From assembly GCF_009914755.1 (NCBI RefSeq), contig NC_060942.1: a DNA stretch of 64,000 nucleotides. The stretch is one strand, 5' to 3'. Both the position numbers and the translations under genes were made by a program. This document shows positions 23,586 to 39,204 of this stretch, piece after piece. Below the pieces are notes generated by a model. The model worked only from the letters and a program-made list of their open reading frames with translations, was not told the DNA's origin and made no database searches. How positions within the stretch are numbered: position 1 is the stretch's first letter; every line of letters begins with the position of its first letter. The stretch is from the human T2T-CHM13v2.0 reference genome, Homo sapiens.

Positions 23586-26500
23586 TGACAAGATCTGAGA
23601 CGGAGCAGTGGCATTTGGGATGCTCAGAGCTGGAGTCGCCTGAGTGTGAGGAAGGACCAGGATGGGGTGGGTGGCTGACGTGGAGTGCAGATCCAGGCCA
23701 ATGGGGATCAGGGCCTTGGGAGATGGGGAGCTGGAGAGCTGGCTTGTCATTGTTTCAGGTGATGTGGGACTTGTGATAGGCAGAGTGTGTGGTGAGGAGC
23801 TCAGGGACACAAGTCTTCCATAGATGTTTGGGAGGGGGAGTTGGCAAGGGACAGTGACCATCGAAGGCAAATGCTGTGCGCAGAGGTTTTTGAATAGGGT
23901 CAACATAACTCCTCAGCTACAGGTCTGGAGAGCAGGAGAATGCGGACCCTGCTGTCCTGGGATTGCAGGTTAAAGGAGGTCCTCGCAGAGTGCAGTTCCA
24001 GGCATAGCCAGCAGGTGGAGGGGCGGAGGGAGTGCTCTAGGAGGAGGCGGAGGATGCAGAGGATGCCGAGATGGTGCACAAAGCAAAGCTTCCAGGGGCA
24101 GGTGGAAGGTCTTCAAAGAGGAGAGCACAGAATGGGAAGGGCGGGAGGGAGCATGATCAGGTGCCAGGGCCACACCCCTGCTGCACTCTTGCTGTGAGGT
24201 CTTGGGAGAGTTACCTAGCCTCTCTGAGCCCCAGTTTCTTCATCCGCAAGCGGGAGTGATGATAATAGGATCTCGGCTGTGGGTGTGAGGCATGGTGGGT
24301 CTCGCTGGTCTCCCAGGTCAAGTCGCGTCTGGGGCGGTGCAGCTTGGGTCTGGCTGCTGCTGGACTCTGGAGCCCTTGCCGGTGCCAATCTCAGTTGCTC
24401 CTCGTCTGTTTTCCAGGCCTCCCTTCATCCTGGCTTGCTGTCTATGGCGCAGAATCCTCACCATTTTACTTCTTTCCTGTATGATGCTGGGCAAAGCAGA
24501 CAATCACTGTGACACTCAGTATTTTCATCTGTAACGGGTTAATCTCACCTCGCAGGATGGTGGTGTGATGAAATGAAATGGCATAAATGCAGACACCTGG
24601 CACATTACAGAGCCCGACTCCTGGCTTCCTTTCTCTCTCCTTTGCACCACATGCAGGGCTGGTAGGGGTCCAGCGCTTCATTTAGAAGTTACCTTGCCTT
24701 GTCTCTGATGACCCCAGCCGCTATTACAAATCCTCATCCTCTGTGTCTTTCAGAGGCTCTAAGGTGCTATAGGACAGTTTTTGAAATAATTCCTCCAGGT
24801 GCTAAGTGTGTGTGTGTGGAGGGGAGGGCAACAGGTGTGTCTCTTACTCCAGCGCCTTCTCTCCTGTGAGCTCATTAATCCAGTGGTTTTCCACCCTGTC
24901 TGCACACTATAATCAAATGGGGGAGTTTTCAGCATGTCACTGTCCATCTTCAGCCCAGGCCATAAGTCTATTCATCAGATTACTAATCTTGCTTTTTTAT
25001 TACTGCTATTTGCGAGTCTGATGTGCTCCCAGCTTCCTGCAGAGGAACGCGGTACCCGGCAGAGTGGTGGGGAAGGTAGGTCGGGGCCTTGCAGAACTTC
25101 TCATGTCTCACTACTTGAAGAGGTGACCCCCCCACTCCCACCCCGGTCCCAAAGCTCCCTCGGGGCATGCTTCATGCTCTGCTAACTCTGTCGCCCCCTC
25201 GCCCACCCCCAGGACCAAGTGCACGTGTGTGAGACCTCACTGCTGCGACGCTGGAGGAAGGTATCTTTGCCAAATGTGTACACAAAGAGGACTGCTTATA
25301 TTACCGAAGCACTGCACTAAGTTTGTTCCGGAAAACGCTGTTTTCCATGAGTGAAAACGGAGAGCTACCTGAGCCCCCATCAATTACCTTTGCCCTTGAG
25401 ATCTTGAATTAAGTGCTTTTCAATTGAATCAGGCATAAGGAACAGTGTGCTTCTTGCCTGTTAATAGCAGACACCAACCCATTTTGAAAATTGCATTGGG
25501 AAATGTCTTCTTGGGGATTTGACAAAAATTGTTCCATGATTTTAAGCACAGCTTATTTTCCTCCTGTTTACACAAAGTTTGTAAGGAAAAAAAATGGTGA
25601 TGTTCGGAACAACTGTGTAAATATGTTTACGGATGTACTTTTCTATAGTGTTAGTATCCAACACTAAAAGTCACCTAGCAACAAATTAAGGAACCATGAA
25701 AGAATCAGAGAAGCAGCACGCCTGCCTCCAGATCATAACCAGGAGGCCTGGTGAATCTTGGCCGCCAGTTGCAGATACCCTCATAGAAAACGTCCCTGGA
25801 ACTTCACAAGCTTTGCTGTGGCTACAGAGCCATCTCGTGGTTCTGCACAGTATCAGCTACAAGGAAGAGGACTGCACCAGGCCTTCCTCAGTCTATCAGC
25901 ACCTAAAATGCGGCTTGGGACAAGTCCTTGTTTGTAATCAATAAAATCCATTCCTTCCCACCGCACCGTGTCAGCGTTTGCGCTGCTCTCCTGAGTCGCG
26001 GGAGTGAATAAGACAGAAAGAACAGGTAAAGAGGAGGGCAGGCTTGAGAACTGACAAGAACTTGAGCTCTGGGAAATCTCTGTAGCTTAAGGAATAATAT
26101 GTTCATCTATCCGTGGTCCTACGCAACCAATTTACTGGCTAGGCCAGGAGAAAGAGCTGTCTAGCCTTTTCCATGTGACAAGGAAACGGTAACAATAGAT
26201 ATGAGACCTTTCAGAATTTTCAACAATTCTCAAGGCTTGAAGCCTGGCTACCTTTGGGAAAAGACATTTCTGTAGGATGTGTCAGATCTCGTCCTTCCGT
26301 GTTTTAATGTTTCTGTCAAACAGTGTAGGTCAATGTCAGTGTTCTAGGATGCAATATTTATAGGGCTCCCTTTTGCCTGGCCTTATCTTGCTTTCAGGGA
26401 GAAATGCACAGCCCTGTCTGCAAACATGCTCTGTGGCCTTTTGATTTGATGTGTTCCAGTTTGAGTGACAGCTGGGTTTGTTAATTATGACTGCTATGTA

Positions 26501-27166
26501 TCCTGGAGAAAATCTAGTAATCTTTATCAAATAATTTAAAATGAATAGTATAGTAACGTCTTGAAACACTTGGAATAAGCTTGAGACTTCTAGCAGAGAA
26601 TCTGAAGAATAACTTGAGATCAACAATAACTCTACAGTTATCCACAGATAGATATTATGATGACTGGATTTTTTGGATTAATTTTTAAAAATTCAATATT
26701 GATATAGGTGCTTGGAAACAAAAGTAGCTAAATATGTTAGAAGGTACTGGAACCTCGGGATATGTTTCATGAGGTTGTATGTTAGTAACCAGATTGCAGG
26801 GGCATAAATCTATTGATGCTATAGGAGTTTTTCTTACAAATATTAATTAAACTTTCCATTAAAAAGCAAAACGTGTACATTATATAAATTTGAAACCATG
26901 TAAATTTCAAGAGACGATAAATGACTCATAGTCTTATTACTGTTAATATTTCATACATTGCTTTCAATTTTCTTTTTTCTTTTTATGCAGTGTTTAAAAT
27001 ACAGCTGGTGATAATAGACACATTGTTTCATTTTTCCTCTAACATTGTGTCTCTATGTTAGCTAATTTTTTATAAATATCATTTTAATAACAGCACAACA
27101 GTTCTAATATAGACAAAAAGTTATGCACAGACATACATTTACCTTGTTATTAAAAACACTCCCCAA

Positions 27167-27385
27167 AGCCTGGGCAACATAGTAAAACCTCATCGCTACA
27201 AAAAAAAATCTTTTTTTAATTGGTTGGGCATGGTGGTGTGCACCTGTAATCCTATCTACTCAGGAGGCTGAGGCAGGCTGATCCCTCGAGCCGAGGAGTT
27301 CGAGGCTCCAGTGAGCTATGATCGCAGCACAGCACTCCAGCCTGGGCAACAGAGCAAGACTTCTTCTCCTAACAACAACAAAAAA
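27167..27385 (+). mobile_element. 5'-truncated AluJ
   Basis: End of left arm, A-rich linker and right arm, with a (CAA)n tail. Confidence 0.88.
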
Positions 27386-27449
27386 CCTCCCAAAAGAGAA
27401 GCAAATATGTAAGCTAGGATTGCTTCTTAGTCCTTGCTATTATACATAA

Positions 27450-27790
<341 letters not shown>

Positions 27791-28446
27791 TAGATTTAGA
27801 ATTATTACTTTAGGATGCAGTCCCAGAAGTAAAATGATTGCATCGAAGGGTATCCATGTATTCACAGGCCTCTATCACCATCCTGCTTTCCACAGGAGGT
27901 ACCCACAAGCACTTCCACAAAAAATATCTGAGAATACTTACCTTACCTATATCTGTCGCATGAAATGCATGATGTTAAGAAAGGATTCAGAATTAACCCC
28001 TCCCGCCATGGACCAGATCATCATCACCCTGTCTTCAGTGAATGAACCCTCTGCCAGGGTATGGTGGTGGAGCAGGTGTCCTGAGCTTGAACATGACACC
28101 TTTCATGATAAGTACTTATGGCCCCCAAAACAAATAAGCATGTGGACATTGTTTCTGGCTTTCTGTTTGTACTCTGTCCCTCTTCTTAGGTCAACCAGGC
28201 ACCGCCCAAGCTTCCCAAGCTGTGCTTAGCTCCCCTTTTCTGTCATCCAGGCCCTGCCAGGGGTTAACACAGCAGTCCTTGCTGTGTTGCTCTCGTGCCT
28301 GCTGGAATGACTTTTTTCTCTCTTTCTTTCCTCCAGGTGTCCAACGTCCTCCTATTCTTCTGCTCGTGGTTTGCAAGACACTGTGTAACCTCAGATTATA
28401 AGGTTCCCACATATATTCCCCTTTTACCCACTGCAGAGCCTAATAC

Positions 28447-28465
28447 TTTTCTTTTCTTTTTTCTT

Positions 28466-28497
<32 letters not shown>

Positions 28498-28798
28498 TTT
28501 TTTTGAGACAGGGTCTCATTCTCACCTAGGCTGAAGTGCAGTGGCACAATCATGGCTCACTCGAGGTCACTATCCTGGACATCCCAGGCTCAGGTGATCC
28601 TTCCACCTCAGCCTCCCAAGTAGTTGGGACTATAGGCATGCACTACCACACCCAGCTATTAGTAATTTTTGTATTTTTTGTAGAGATGGGGTTTCACCAT
28701 GTTGGCGAGGCTGGTCTCAAACTCCTGGCCTCAAGTGATCTGCCCGTCTTGGCCTCCCAAAGTACTGGGATTACAGGCGTGAGCCATGGCACCCGGCC
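28447..28798 (-). mobile_element. AluJ-like with long (TTTTC)n/T tail
   Basis: Reverse dimer ending cccggcc. Confidence 0.93.
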
Positions 28799-30479
28799 CT
28801 GATTCATTTCTTTGGTTTAAAGTGTAAATGGTGTTTCTTGTCACCTTTTAAAATGTGAGTGCTCTTGGGAAAGGAAATTCATTAAACTGCTTCAGACCAT
28901 AATTATCTTAATATGAGGTAATCTGTCAGGCCCGTCCCTTCTCCCCCTTTTTTCTCCTCTCCCCCATTGCCTCCTTTTTCTTTCTTCCTTTCCTCCCTTT
29001 CATGCAGTTTTATGTATATAAGTGTTTTTAAAAGTCAAATAGTTTTATAAGGCTTATAACAAAAAAGAGGCATCTCTCTCTCCACCCTTCCTCACTCTCA
29101 GTTCTGATTTCCTAGAAAGCAACCACTCTTTTAAGTTTTCCTTATGGTTTTTGACTCCATATTTCTAAATAAATGGGAATACTGTGATTTTTTGACTTTT
29201 AAAAAAATTTTTAGATAGTGCCTGTTGGTTTCTGTTATAGAAGATGAATATATAGCTCTTTTTTTTACCCCAACCCACATAAACACACACCAACATCAAG
29301 GTTTACGTTATTATAATTAAATATTATTCACAGCTGAGCCACATAGGTACAGTAATTAAATGTCCCTTCTATAAATTTTCATTTTTGTTTTCTTTGATTA
29401 TTAATTTATCCTCAATTCCCTACCACTTGTAGTATCTCCTTACAATCTATTCAAATGCCTCAGAGCATCTGATCAATTTCATCTTCTTTCTTAAGACCTC
29501 CTTCTTGGTGTCCAGCCCATTATAACCTCGGCTGCTTTCCTGATGTCCCTATACCTCTTTTCCTGGGTAAATCCCATGTCTTCCTCTTCTTGACTCACTT
29601 GCTTATTTTGGAGGAGGACATCTTCCAGTAGCTTCCTTAGAAGAGTACATGGAGAATGAAATTTGAGAACTTGTAGGTCTAAAATCTTTTTACCCTACTC
29701 TTATTCATGATTTGGTAACTTGGCTAGCTGTCTTAGTCCAGTCACACTGTTATAACAAAATACCATAGACTGGGTACCTTATAAACAATAGAAATTTACA
29801 ACATTAGTTCTCGTCCACCTAGGGTATGGGGAGACATGTCCGAAATCAGGAAGGCCCTTGACAGCCAAGCAGCAGCCTGAACACTCAACTTCATGGAGGA
29901 TAAAGGCTACCAGGAAGGAAGAGAAGGGGGGAGAAGGAAAGGGAGAGATTGTCAGAGAAAAATTGTTACTTCAACGTGGGCATTAGGTGAGCCAGGGCCT
30001 CCGTAAAACTAATGCACTAAATCAAGGATGGTCCAGCTACCAGGACAGGCCCCCGGTATGAAGTGCAGCAAGACACAATCCAAGTCCTGTCTAAAGTCGC
30101 AGGATGACAGATTAACAGAGCCGAAAGGGACCACAGTGATCATCTCTCCAACTCTTTCATTCGAGGCTCAGGGCTTCAGGGCTATGTCTTGGTTCACAGA
30201 ACACAGTGCTGGCTGCAACCGGTGCCACCATAGAAGGACAGCACCCACTGCCCATGTGCGTTGCTCTCCGGCTCCACAGAACTTGATGCACAGCTTTGTG
30301 CACTGGGCACTGGCTGACTCCCTCAGCGGTAACTGTTTCTCATCAGCTCCTCACAGTCTGCCTTCCAGCCACCCGGGGGGCCCCTGGGCTCTGCAAATTC
30401 ACCATCAGCTCTGCCGCTTTGAGCTTCTGACATGCTGTTTTCTTAGGTCCTCTTGGGTTTCGAGTTACATTTTAGGATG

Positions 30480-31200
30480 GTCACTTTTTTTTGCTTTTTG
30501 GACTGGAACAAGAAAAGACTAAAAGGAGGCTGCTGTAGTGGTCCAAGCCCTCCATCACAGTGGCATGGACCAGGTAGAGATGGTGGCCGTAGCAAGAAAT
30601 GGGCAAATTTGAGGCTTATTTTTGAAGGAGAACTGATAGGACTTGCTGATGGACTAATGATGGAAGTGGGGGAGTCAGGTGTAACTCCTCAGTTCCAGCT
30701 TAAGGAAGTGGAAAGTCATGGTGCCACTCACTGTCAGAGGCAAAGCTGGGTCATGAAGAGGTGGTTTGGGGGGGAAATAAAGAGATTTTTAAGACATGCA
30801 AAATTAATTGCAGTGTTTCAGACAGATACAACAGGAGGTTGTCTGAAAATGCCAAATGAACATAACCCTGAACCCTGGGGGTCTCAGAATACTCTTCTGG
30901 GAAATCAAAAGGCTGAATAATATCATCCTGATGTACCCCTCCCACACACCAACAACCTTCATTCCAACACTTGGTCTAGGCTGGTCTCTCTCCAGAAGTT
31001 GGATATGTCGACTCGTATCTCAGAGGAGAGATCTAGGCTGAAATGCATGGACTTGAGACAGCAGCATGAAGATGAAACTTAAATTCAGGGTAACTTATGC
31101 AGTCATATGGGAAGAAAGTATGGGAAGAAAAGAGAAGATGACTCTGGGCTGCCTGAGCCTTCAGGAGTCCCAGCTTTCAGAGGTCAGGTAGGTGAGAAAG
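30480..31200. mobile_element. Degenerate L2 fragments
   Basis: Phrases typical of L2: ggaggctgctgtagtggtccaag; ttttgaaggagaactgataggacttgctgatgga; tcagaggagagatctaggctg. Confidence 0.5.
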
Positions 31201-31594
31201 ACTCTAATAGCTCCTGTTCTTTTAGCACTTCTGGAGGAAGGTGGGCAAAGCAGTAGAAAACCTGTTCAAACTTAAATGACTCAAGTTTTCCCTTGACTTC
31301 TGGAGTATGCCTGGTAGGGACGAAGACTACAACTATTACCTAAAACCCAGCCTCTGGCAACCAGGAAATGACTCCCTCTGTGAGGACCATGACCCAGTTA
31401 AATCGAAAGCTACTCCAAACCCCAAGAACAGGTTTTCTAAAGAAAGACCCTGTCTATTAAAACCCCTGGAAACTGAAGATGTGATTTCACAGTTTGACAG
31501 TTGATTCTGTGGTGGACTGTGTTTGTGACACATAGGGAAACAGTTAATGATAGAAAACATCATCACTTCTGAAGGAGGGCATTAGAGAAGGTTA

Positions 31595-31941
<347 letters not shown>

Positions 31942-33604
31942 AGTAATTCTTCAGGGAGTACCAAATTCAAGATCAGGGCAAAGTTTTCCCACATTCAGAG
32001 AAAAGTGGACAGTGAGAACGAAAGCATGAAACTCAAATGGTGAGTCCAGGCCCAAATGGAGTCATTCATACAGTAAGCAAGTTGCTGTCATTTTTTAATG
32101 TAAAATTGGGCAGCTTCCCCTGCCTCTTTCTTCTTCTCATCAAGATAAGTAAGTTTTCTGCCCCATTGGATATCAGGCTAATTTCCAGCTTCTTTGTATA
32201 TTAGAAGTAAATTTAGAAACGACAATAGGATTAAAAAGAAGACATGGTGCTTACTCACACACTTTCATCTTAAACAATTTAATTTTTAAAACTGCTACCT
32301 AAACGAAAATGAACAAGATCATTTTAATTTTCAAATTACATATTTCTAAAAAACACAACCCAGTAGCTTCCAGCAGAGGAAAGTCCTCTTACTGTGAGTC
32401 TCAACTAATCATTTGTGACTCTGAAAAATGAAGCTTTAAAATTGAGATTTTTTTAAAGTGCAGCTGTAATTATTTATTCAAAAACAACCTCAGCTATATT
32501 ATGTCCAGCAGAATAATATATAGTCTCCCACTCGAGAATGAGGATTATCAGGTCTTCCAACAATCTATCAGAAGCCAGTAGAAATGAGTGTATTTTCATG
32601 CAAATAACTGAGATATTCTTTTTAAAGAATTAATATCCAACTTCTGTTGCATAAAATTGTCTAGCATTATTTTAGTTTCTTGCAAACTAGAAAACTACAA
32701 GTTATACAAAAATGACTAATAGGATGGAAAATACTTTTGATAGCTTTATTGATTAGGGGAAAGGATATACTTCTTGCTCTTTATAAAATAAAATGGAAAT
32801 GGTACAGAAAAGTACAAAAGGAAATAAAGATCATCTGCAATCATATCACCTAGAGATGGCTACGGTAAACATTTTGTGTATGTTCACAATCTTTTTCTCT
32901 GTGGCTGCTTGTGCCCTCCACAGCACATACACAGCCCACCCCCTACACACAACATTGAGATCCCATTGTTAGTACTTGCCTGGTGATCTTTTCCCCTTAA
33001 TCATGAACAAGCTCTTTTGTGGTTTCATAGTCTGCTCACAAGTATTAACATCTACATAGTATTCCATGGCATAGCCACACCAGCATTTACTTAACATTCC
33101 CAGATTACTGAGCATTGAGTGTGGTTTTTTTTCCAGTTACAATAATGGTGCAGTGAATAATCTGTACATAAGAAGCCTCGTTTACATCTCCGATAACTTC
33201 CTTAAGATAAATTTCTATAAGTAGAATGGGTGTGTCTAAGTACGTTTCACACATTCAAGTTTTTTTTTAATTAATAGACTATTTTCTAGAACAGTTTTAG
33301 TTTCACCCCCAGTGTGGTGCATTCGTTACAATTGATGACCTATATGGATACAACATCGTCACCCCAAGTTCATACTTTACATTGGGGTTCGCTCTTGGTA
33401 TTGTACTTTCTATGGATTTGGACAAATGTATAAAGAAATACATTTTCCAGTATAGAATTACATAGAGTAGTTACACTGTCCCCAAAATCCTTGGTTACCC
33501 ACATTTTAAAGGCAAGTTAAATATTACCTAAGAGTGGACCAATTCATACTCTACCAGTGTGTATGAAAGTTTCTGTACCCAGAAATATTGTAACACTAAG
33601 AATT

Positions 33605-34008
33605 TGATATGATTTGGATCTGTGTCCCCGCCCAAATCTTATGTTGAAATGTAATCCCCAGTGCTGGAGATGGGGCCTGGTGGGAGGTGACTGGATCATC
33701 GGGGCGCTTTCTTGTGAAGGGTTTGACACCACTCCCCTTAGTGCTGTAGTGAGTTCTCTTGAGATCTGGTTGTTTAAAAGTTTGTGATACCTCCCCATCC
33801 TCTCTCTTGCTCCTGCTCTGGCCATGTAAGATGTGCCTGCTTCCCCTTTGCCATCTGCCATGATTTAAGTTTCCTGAGGCCTCCCCAGAAGCAGAAGTCA
33901 TGGTTTTCTGTGCAGCCTGCAGAACCATGAGCCAATTAAACCTCTTTTCTTTATAAATTACCCAGTCTCGGGTATTTCTTTATAGCAGTGCAAGAAAGGA
34001 CTAATACA
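33605..34008 (+). mobile_element. MST (MaLR) solo LTR inside old L1M sequence
   Basis: tgatatgatttggatctgtgtcccc...ggactaataca; TSD GAATT/GAGTT. Confidence 0.92.
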
Positions 34009-35509
34009 GAGTTATAAGAAAAAAATCTTTACCCATTTGATAGCCGAATGATGATATCTCGTTTTGATCTTTTAGTGAGTTTTAATGAGTCATGTAGCTG
34101 TTGGTTATTTGAATTCTATAAAATGTTCATACCCTCTGCCTGTTTTAAAGTTGAGTGTTCATTCTTTCTTATTGGTTTATTAGAGATACTTATATTATTC
34201 ATTTTCATGTATATTGCAATGATATTTTCCTTGTTCAGAGACTGTCTTTTATGTTCTGTATTTAATGGTTGTAGTTTATTGATTTTTTTAACATATAGAT
34301 GTTTTATTTCTTACATAGTTAAATCTATGGAAAATTAGTTGGTCCTGATTATTTGAAACTAGAATTTATAAATAGTGATTTTAAAAAGAAAATACAAATC
34401 ACCAATACAAATAAAAAGGTCATACCATCACAACTAGGAAATCCAACATAAAACAATAATATACCATTTTAAATCTATTATATTAGCAAAGATTAAAAGC
34501 CTTGATAATCTGACTTGTTGATGAAAGCATATGAAAATAAACACTTTTATACTCTGCTGGTGGATGTGTGAATTCAGCAACTTCTTTGGAGGGCCATTTG
34601 TCAATACCCATTTCTATTTAGAATACAGAGACCCTTTGACCCAGCAATTCCTCTTCTAGTCGTTTAGCCTATTTTGTCATTTATTCTGGTAGAAGTGTGT
34701 AAAGATATATGTACAGGAGGTTTATGATAGCATTACTTGTAATAGAAGAAAGGTAAAAACCAACCTGTATTATTTATTTATTCAACAGACATTGATGTAG
34801 TGCTTACTATGTACTAAGCATCACTCTAAGCATTTTACAAATATAAACTGATTAAATCTTCCTAGAAGTCCTGTACAGTTAAGATACACAAGTTTCAGAA
34901 ACTGTGATTCCAGCTAGCTTAAGAAAACAGAGAAGTTAGTCTCTCATATAACGCTAAGTCCAGAGGTGAGAAGCCCAGATGTGGTGTGAGAAACAACTCA
35001 AAGCTGCCCCCCAGGAGCTAGGTCTTTCCTGGCTCAGCTCTGCCATTTCTTGGATCAGCACCTCTTCTCGCAGTTGCAAGATGGCGGCACGTTTCCTGGT
35101 GCCTTTCTAGAGAGGAGACAAAGAAGATAGAAGGCAGAGCATAGCTCCTCTCCCCTAGCTATGCATGTGCTCTAAGCCCTAACCTTCAGTCTAATTGATC
35201 AGTTTAGGTTAGGTATATATTCCCAGACCAACAACTATCACCTGGGTTAAGCCAGGTTCTGCAGGGCTTGGGTTAATCAGTCTTCTCTTCTGGAGCTGCG
35301 GGAAGGGATAAATAATTGAACAAACTTAGAATGGAAAGAGGGAACAGATGATGTTAGGAAGGCAACAAATAGTGCCCATCACACAACCTCAATATCCATA
35401 AGGAGTTGATTAAATATATTCATGGTGTATCCATTAAATGGAAGCTTGTATACCATCGAATAGAACAAGATAATCTATATATGGTGACATGGAAAAATCT
35501 CAGCTGTAT

Positions 35510-35928
35510 TGTCTTAGTCCATTTGTGCTGCTATAAAGAAATACCTGGGGCTGGGTAACTTATAAAGAAAAGAGGTTTATTTGGTTCACGATTCTGCAGG
35601 CTGTACTGGAAGCATGGCACCAGCATCTGCTTCTGGTGAGGACCTCAGGAAGCTTCCAATCATGGTGAGAGGGAGTGGAACAGGCATCACATGGTGAGAG
35701 AGGGAGGAAAGAAGAGAGAGAGGGGAGGGGTCCCACATTCCTTTAAACACCCAGGTCCTGCATAAACTAACAGAGTGAGAACTAACTCATTACCGTGGTG
35801 ATGGCACCAAGCCATTCATGAGGGATCCACCCCTATGACCCAGACACCTCCCACTAGGCCCCACCTCCAACACTGGGGATCAGATTTCAACATGAAATTT
35901 GGAGGGGACAAATATCCAAACTATATCA
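35510..35928 (-). mobile_element. MST (MaLR) solo LTR
   Basis: tgtcttagtccatttgtgctgctataaagaaatacctg...aaactatatca. Confidence 0.92.
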
Positions 35929-35936
35929 TATATTAA

Positions 35937-36244
<308 letters not shown>

Positions 36245-36446
36245 TAAGTAAAAGAATATTGGGTATCATACGCTGTTAATTGGTAGAAATAGAGAAATAA
36301 ATCAATTATGTTTGGATACACATAGGAAATTACTGAAATTACTTCTAAGGAGTGAAATTAAAATGGAAAAGAAGTAGGGAAATTATGATGAGTAAATTTT
36401 GGTTTAAGAAAGCATTTTGGATTTCAAACAAAGTTTTCTTGGAATG

Positions 36447-36931
36447 TGTGGTAGGCAGAATAATGATCTCCTAAGATATCCATGTCCTAATCCCCAGAAC
36501 CTGTGAATATGTTACTTTATGTGGCAAAAGAAACATGATTGAAGTAAGGATCTTGAGATGGGGAGTTATGTAATCTTAGGGGTCCTTATGAGAGGAAGGC
36601 AGGAGGGTTAGAGTGCAAGAAGATGTGACTAGAGAAGCAGTGGTCAGAGTCAGAGGGAGAGGGGATGATGAGGATATATTGCTGGCTTTGAAGAGGAGGA
36701 TGGGGCCACAAGTGAAAGGGTGCTGGAGGTCGCTAAAGACTGGAAAAGGTGAGGAAATGGATTCTTCCCTGGAGCCGCCACAAAGGACACACACCTGAAA
36801 ACATCTTGATTTTAGCCCAATAAGACCCATTTTTGACTTCTGACTTCAAAGCTGTAAGTTAATACATTTGTGTTGTTCTAAGCCACTAGATTTGCGGTAA
36901 TTCGTTACAGCAGTAATAGGCAATGGATGCA
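36447..36931 (+). mobile_element. MLT1 (MLT1D-like) MaLR LTR
   Basis: tgtggtaggcagaataatg...cctaatccccagaacctgtgaatatgttac...taagccactag...gttacagcag. Confidence 0.85.
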
Positions 36932-36952
36932 GAAAAGACATTTTCATTCTTA

Positions 36953-37477
<525 letters not shown>

Positions 37478-37614
37478 TCATTCTGCCTTTGCATTTACTA
37501 TCTCTGTGACCTTGGGTTGGTTATTTGTCCTCTCATTTATTAAGATGGAAACCATCATGCTTTCTTTTATGGGGCCACTGTGAGAACTCAATGAATTAAT
37601 GTATTGTTTTAAAA

Positions 37615-37800
37615 TGTACCCGAGATTTGGGTTTTATTCAAGTATGGTGAGGCCAACAAATCAGGAGACAGCTGCCATTGAAAAGATAGTTTATTATTCA
37701 CAGTTCCCAAGAGGAAGGGCCATACCCACGCAGGGCCACAGGAGGGAACTGCCTGGGTAAGTCATGAACTCAGGGGAGAGGTCCAGGCTGGAGAGCAAGC
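37615..37800 (-). mobile_element. ERVL-type LTR fragment (MER76-like)
   Basis: gtgaggccaacaaatcaggagacagctgccattgaaaagatagtttattattcacagttcccaagagg resembles this family, from memory. Confidence 0.5.
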
Positions 37801-38129
37801 TGTCACCTAAGAACATTCACACTTGGAAAGGAAAAGGAGGAAGAGGCATTGTTGTAACCTGGATTCTCTAGGTGCAGAGCCTATGATATATCGAGAGTGT
37901 ATTCTCAGGAGAAAATGGTAAAGGAGTCCAGGGAGGGGAGGGAAAGAAGCCACATGAGAACATGGGTTTTGGATAAAGTCTAGCTTCAGCTTTATCCTGC
38001 TCTGGAGTGTGAATTCTAGCACAGAGTCTTGAGGCAGGTGAATGAGATATCTATATCCCTACACCTTTTGGTCCTGGACCATGGGCTGCTAGAGCAGAAG
38101 TCAGGGCAGTAGAAGAGAGGTGTCTTTGA

Positions 38130-38397
38130 GGCCAGGCACAGTGGCTCATGCCTGTAACCCCAGCACTTTGGAAGGCAGAGGTGAAGGGATTGCTTGAGCC
38201 CAGGAATTCGAGACCAACCTGGGCAATATAGTGAGACTTTGTCTTTACAAAAAAACATTTTAAAAATTAGCTGAGCATGGTGGCACATGCCTGTAGTCCC
38301 AGCTACTAGGGAAGCTGAGGCAGGAGGACTACTTTAGCCCAGGAGTTTGAGACTGCAGTGAGCTATGACGGTCCCACTGCACTCCAGCCTGGGCAAC
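38130..38397 (+). mobile_element. AluJ lacking its 3' end and poly-A tail
   Basis: The dimer ends at gcctgggcaac and is followed directly by the TSD (AAGAGAGGTGTCTTTGA / AAGAGAGGTGGTTTTGA). Confidence 0.9.
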
Positions 38398-38910
38398 AAG
38401 AGAGGTGGTTTTGAAAGTTTGGGGGCAAGCCTCTAGAGAAGGTCACAGGTGCAAACCATTAATCACAGAAGCCAGAGCAGCCGGGAGATGGGCGCACCAA
38501 GCAAGCTGGTCAAAAGGCCCCCAGGGCATTGGCAGAGCATGATAGCACCTGCTATAAGCCACCCCTTACCCCACTCAGATCCTCCTGCTTCTCACCTGAG
38601 GAGTCCCCATCCTGCCAGCAGTAGCATGCTGGCTGCTCCCAGACTCTGGGAAAACTCACCAGATGCGAGTTAAGGGGCAAGCTACAGCCCAACTGGAGCA
38701 ATTGGTCCCAAGGCTGCTACTGATGCTCATCATTGCCGGATCCCACCACCCATTCCAGATGCCCTTTGCCTGGTGCTCTCACTGCTGTCAGAGAGCCAGA
38801 TCTTGAACAGCCTTTCCTGCCGTCAGCCCTGGTCTGCAGGAAAACAACCGTGCTGAGCCTCACAGCAGTGCCAACTTCCTCCTCAGCAGCACCTTCTCAG
38901 TTTTCTTGTC

Positions 38911-39204
<294 letters not shown>

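Noticed and set aside
23367-23906. 179-aa Pro/Ser-rich minus-strand ORF, and ORFs at 30028-30920
   Set aside because: They overlap MER5/L2 remnants or G-rich sequence, with no domain resemblance or splice structure.
29802-30014. Inverted 8-mer CATTAGTT...AACTAATG suggesting a MITE
   Set aside because: The match is short enough to be chance, and no TSD is evident.
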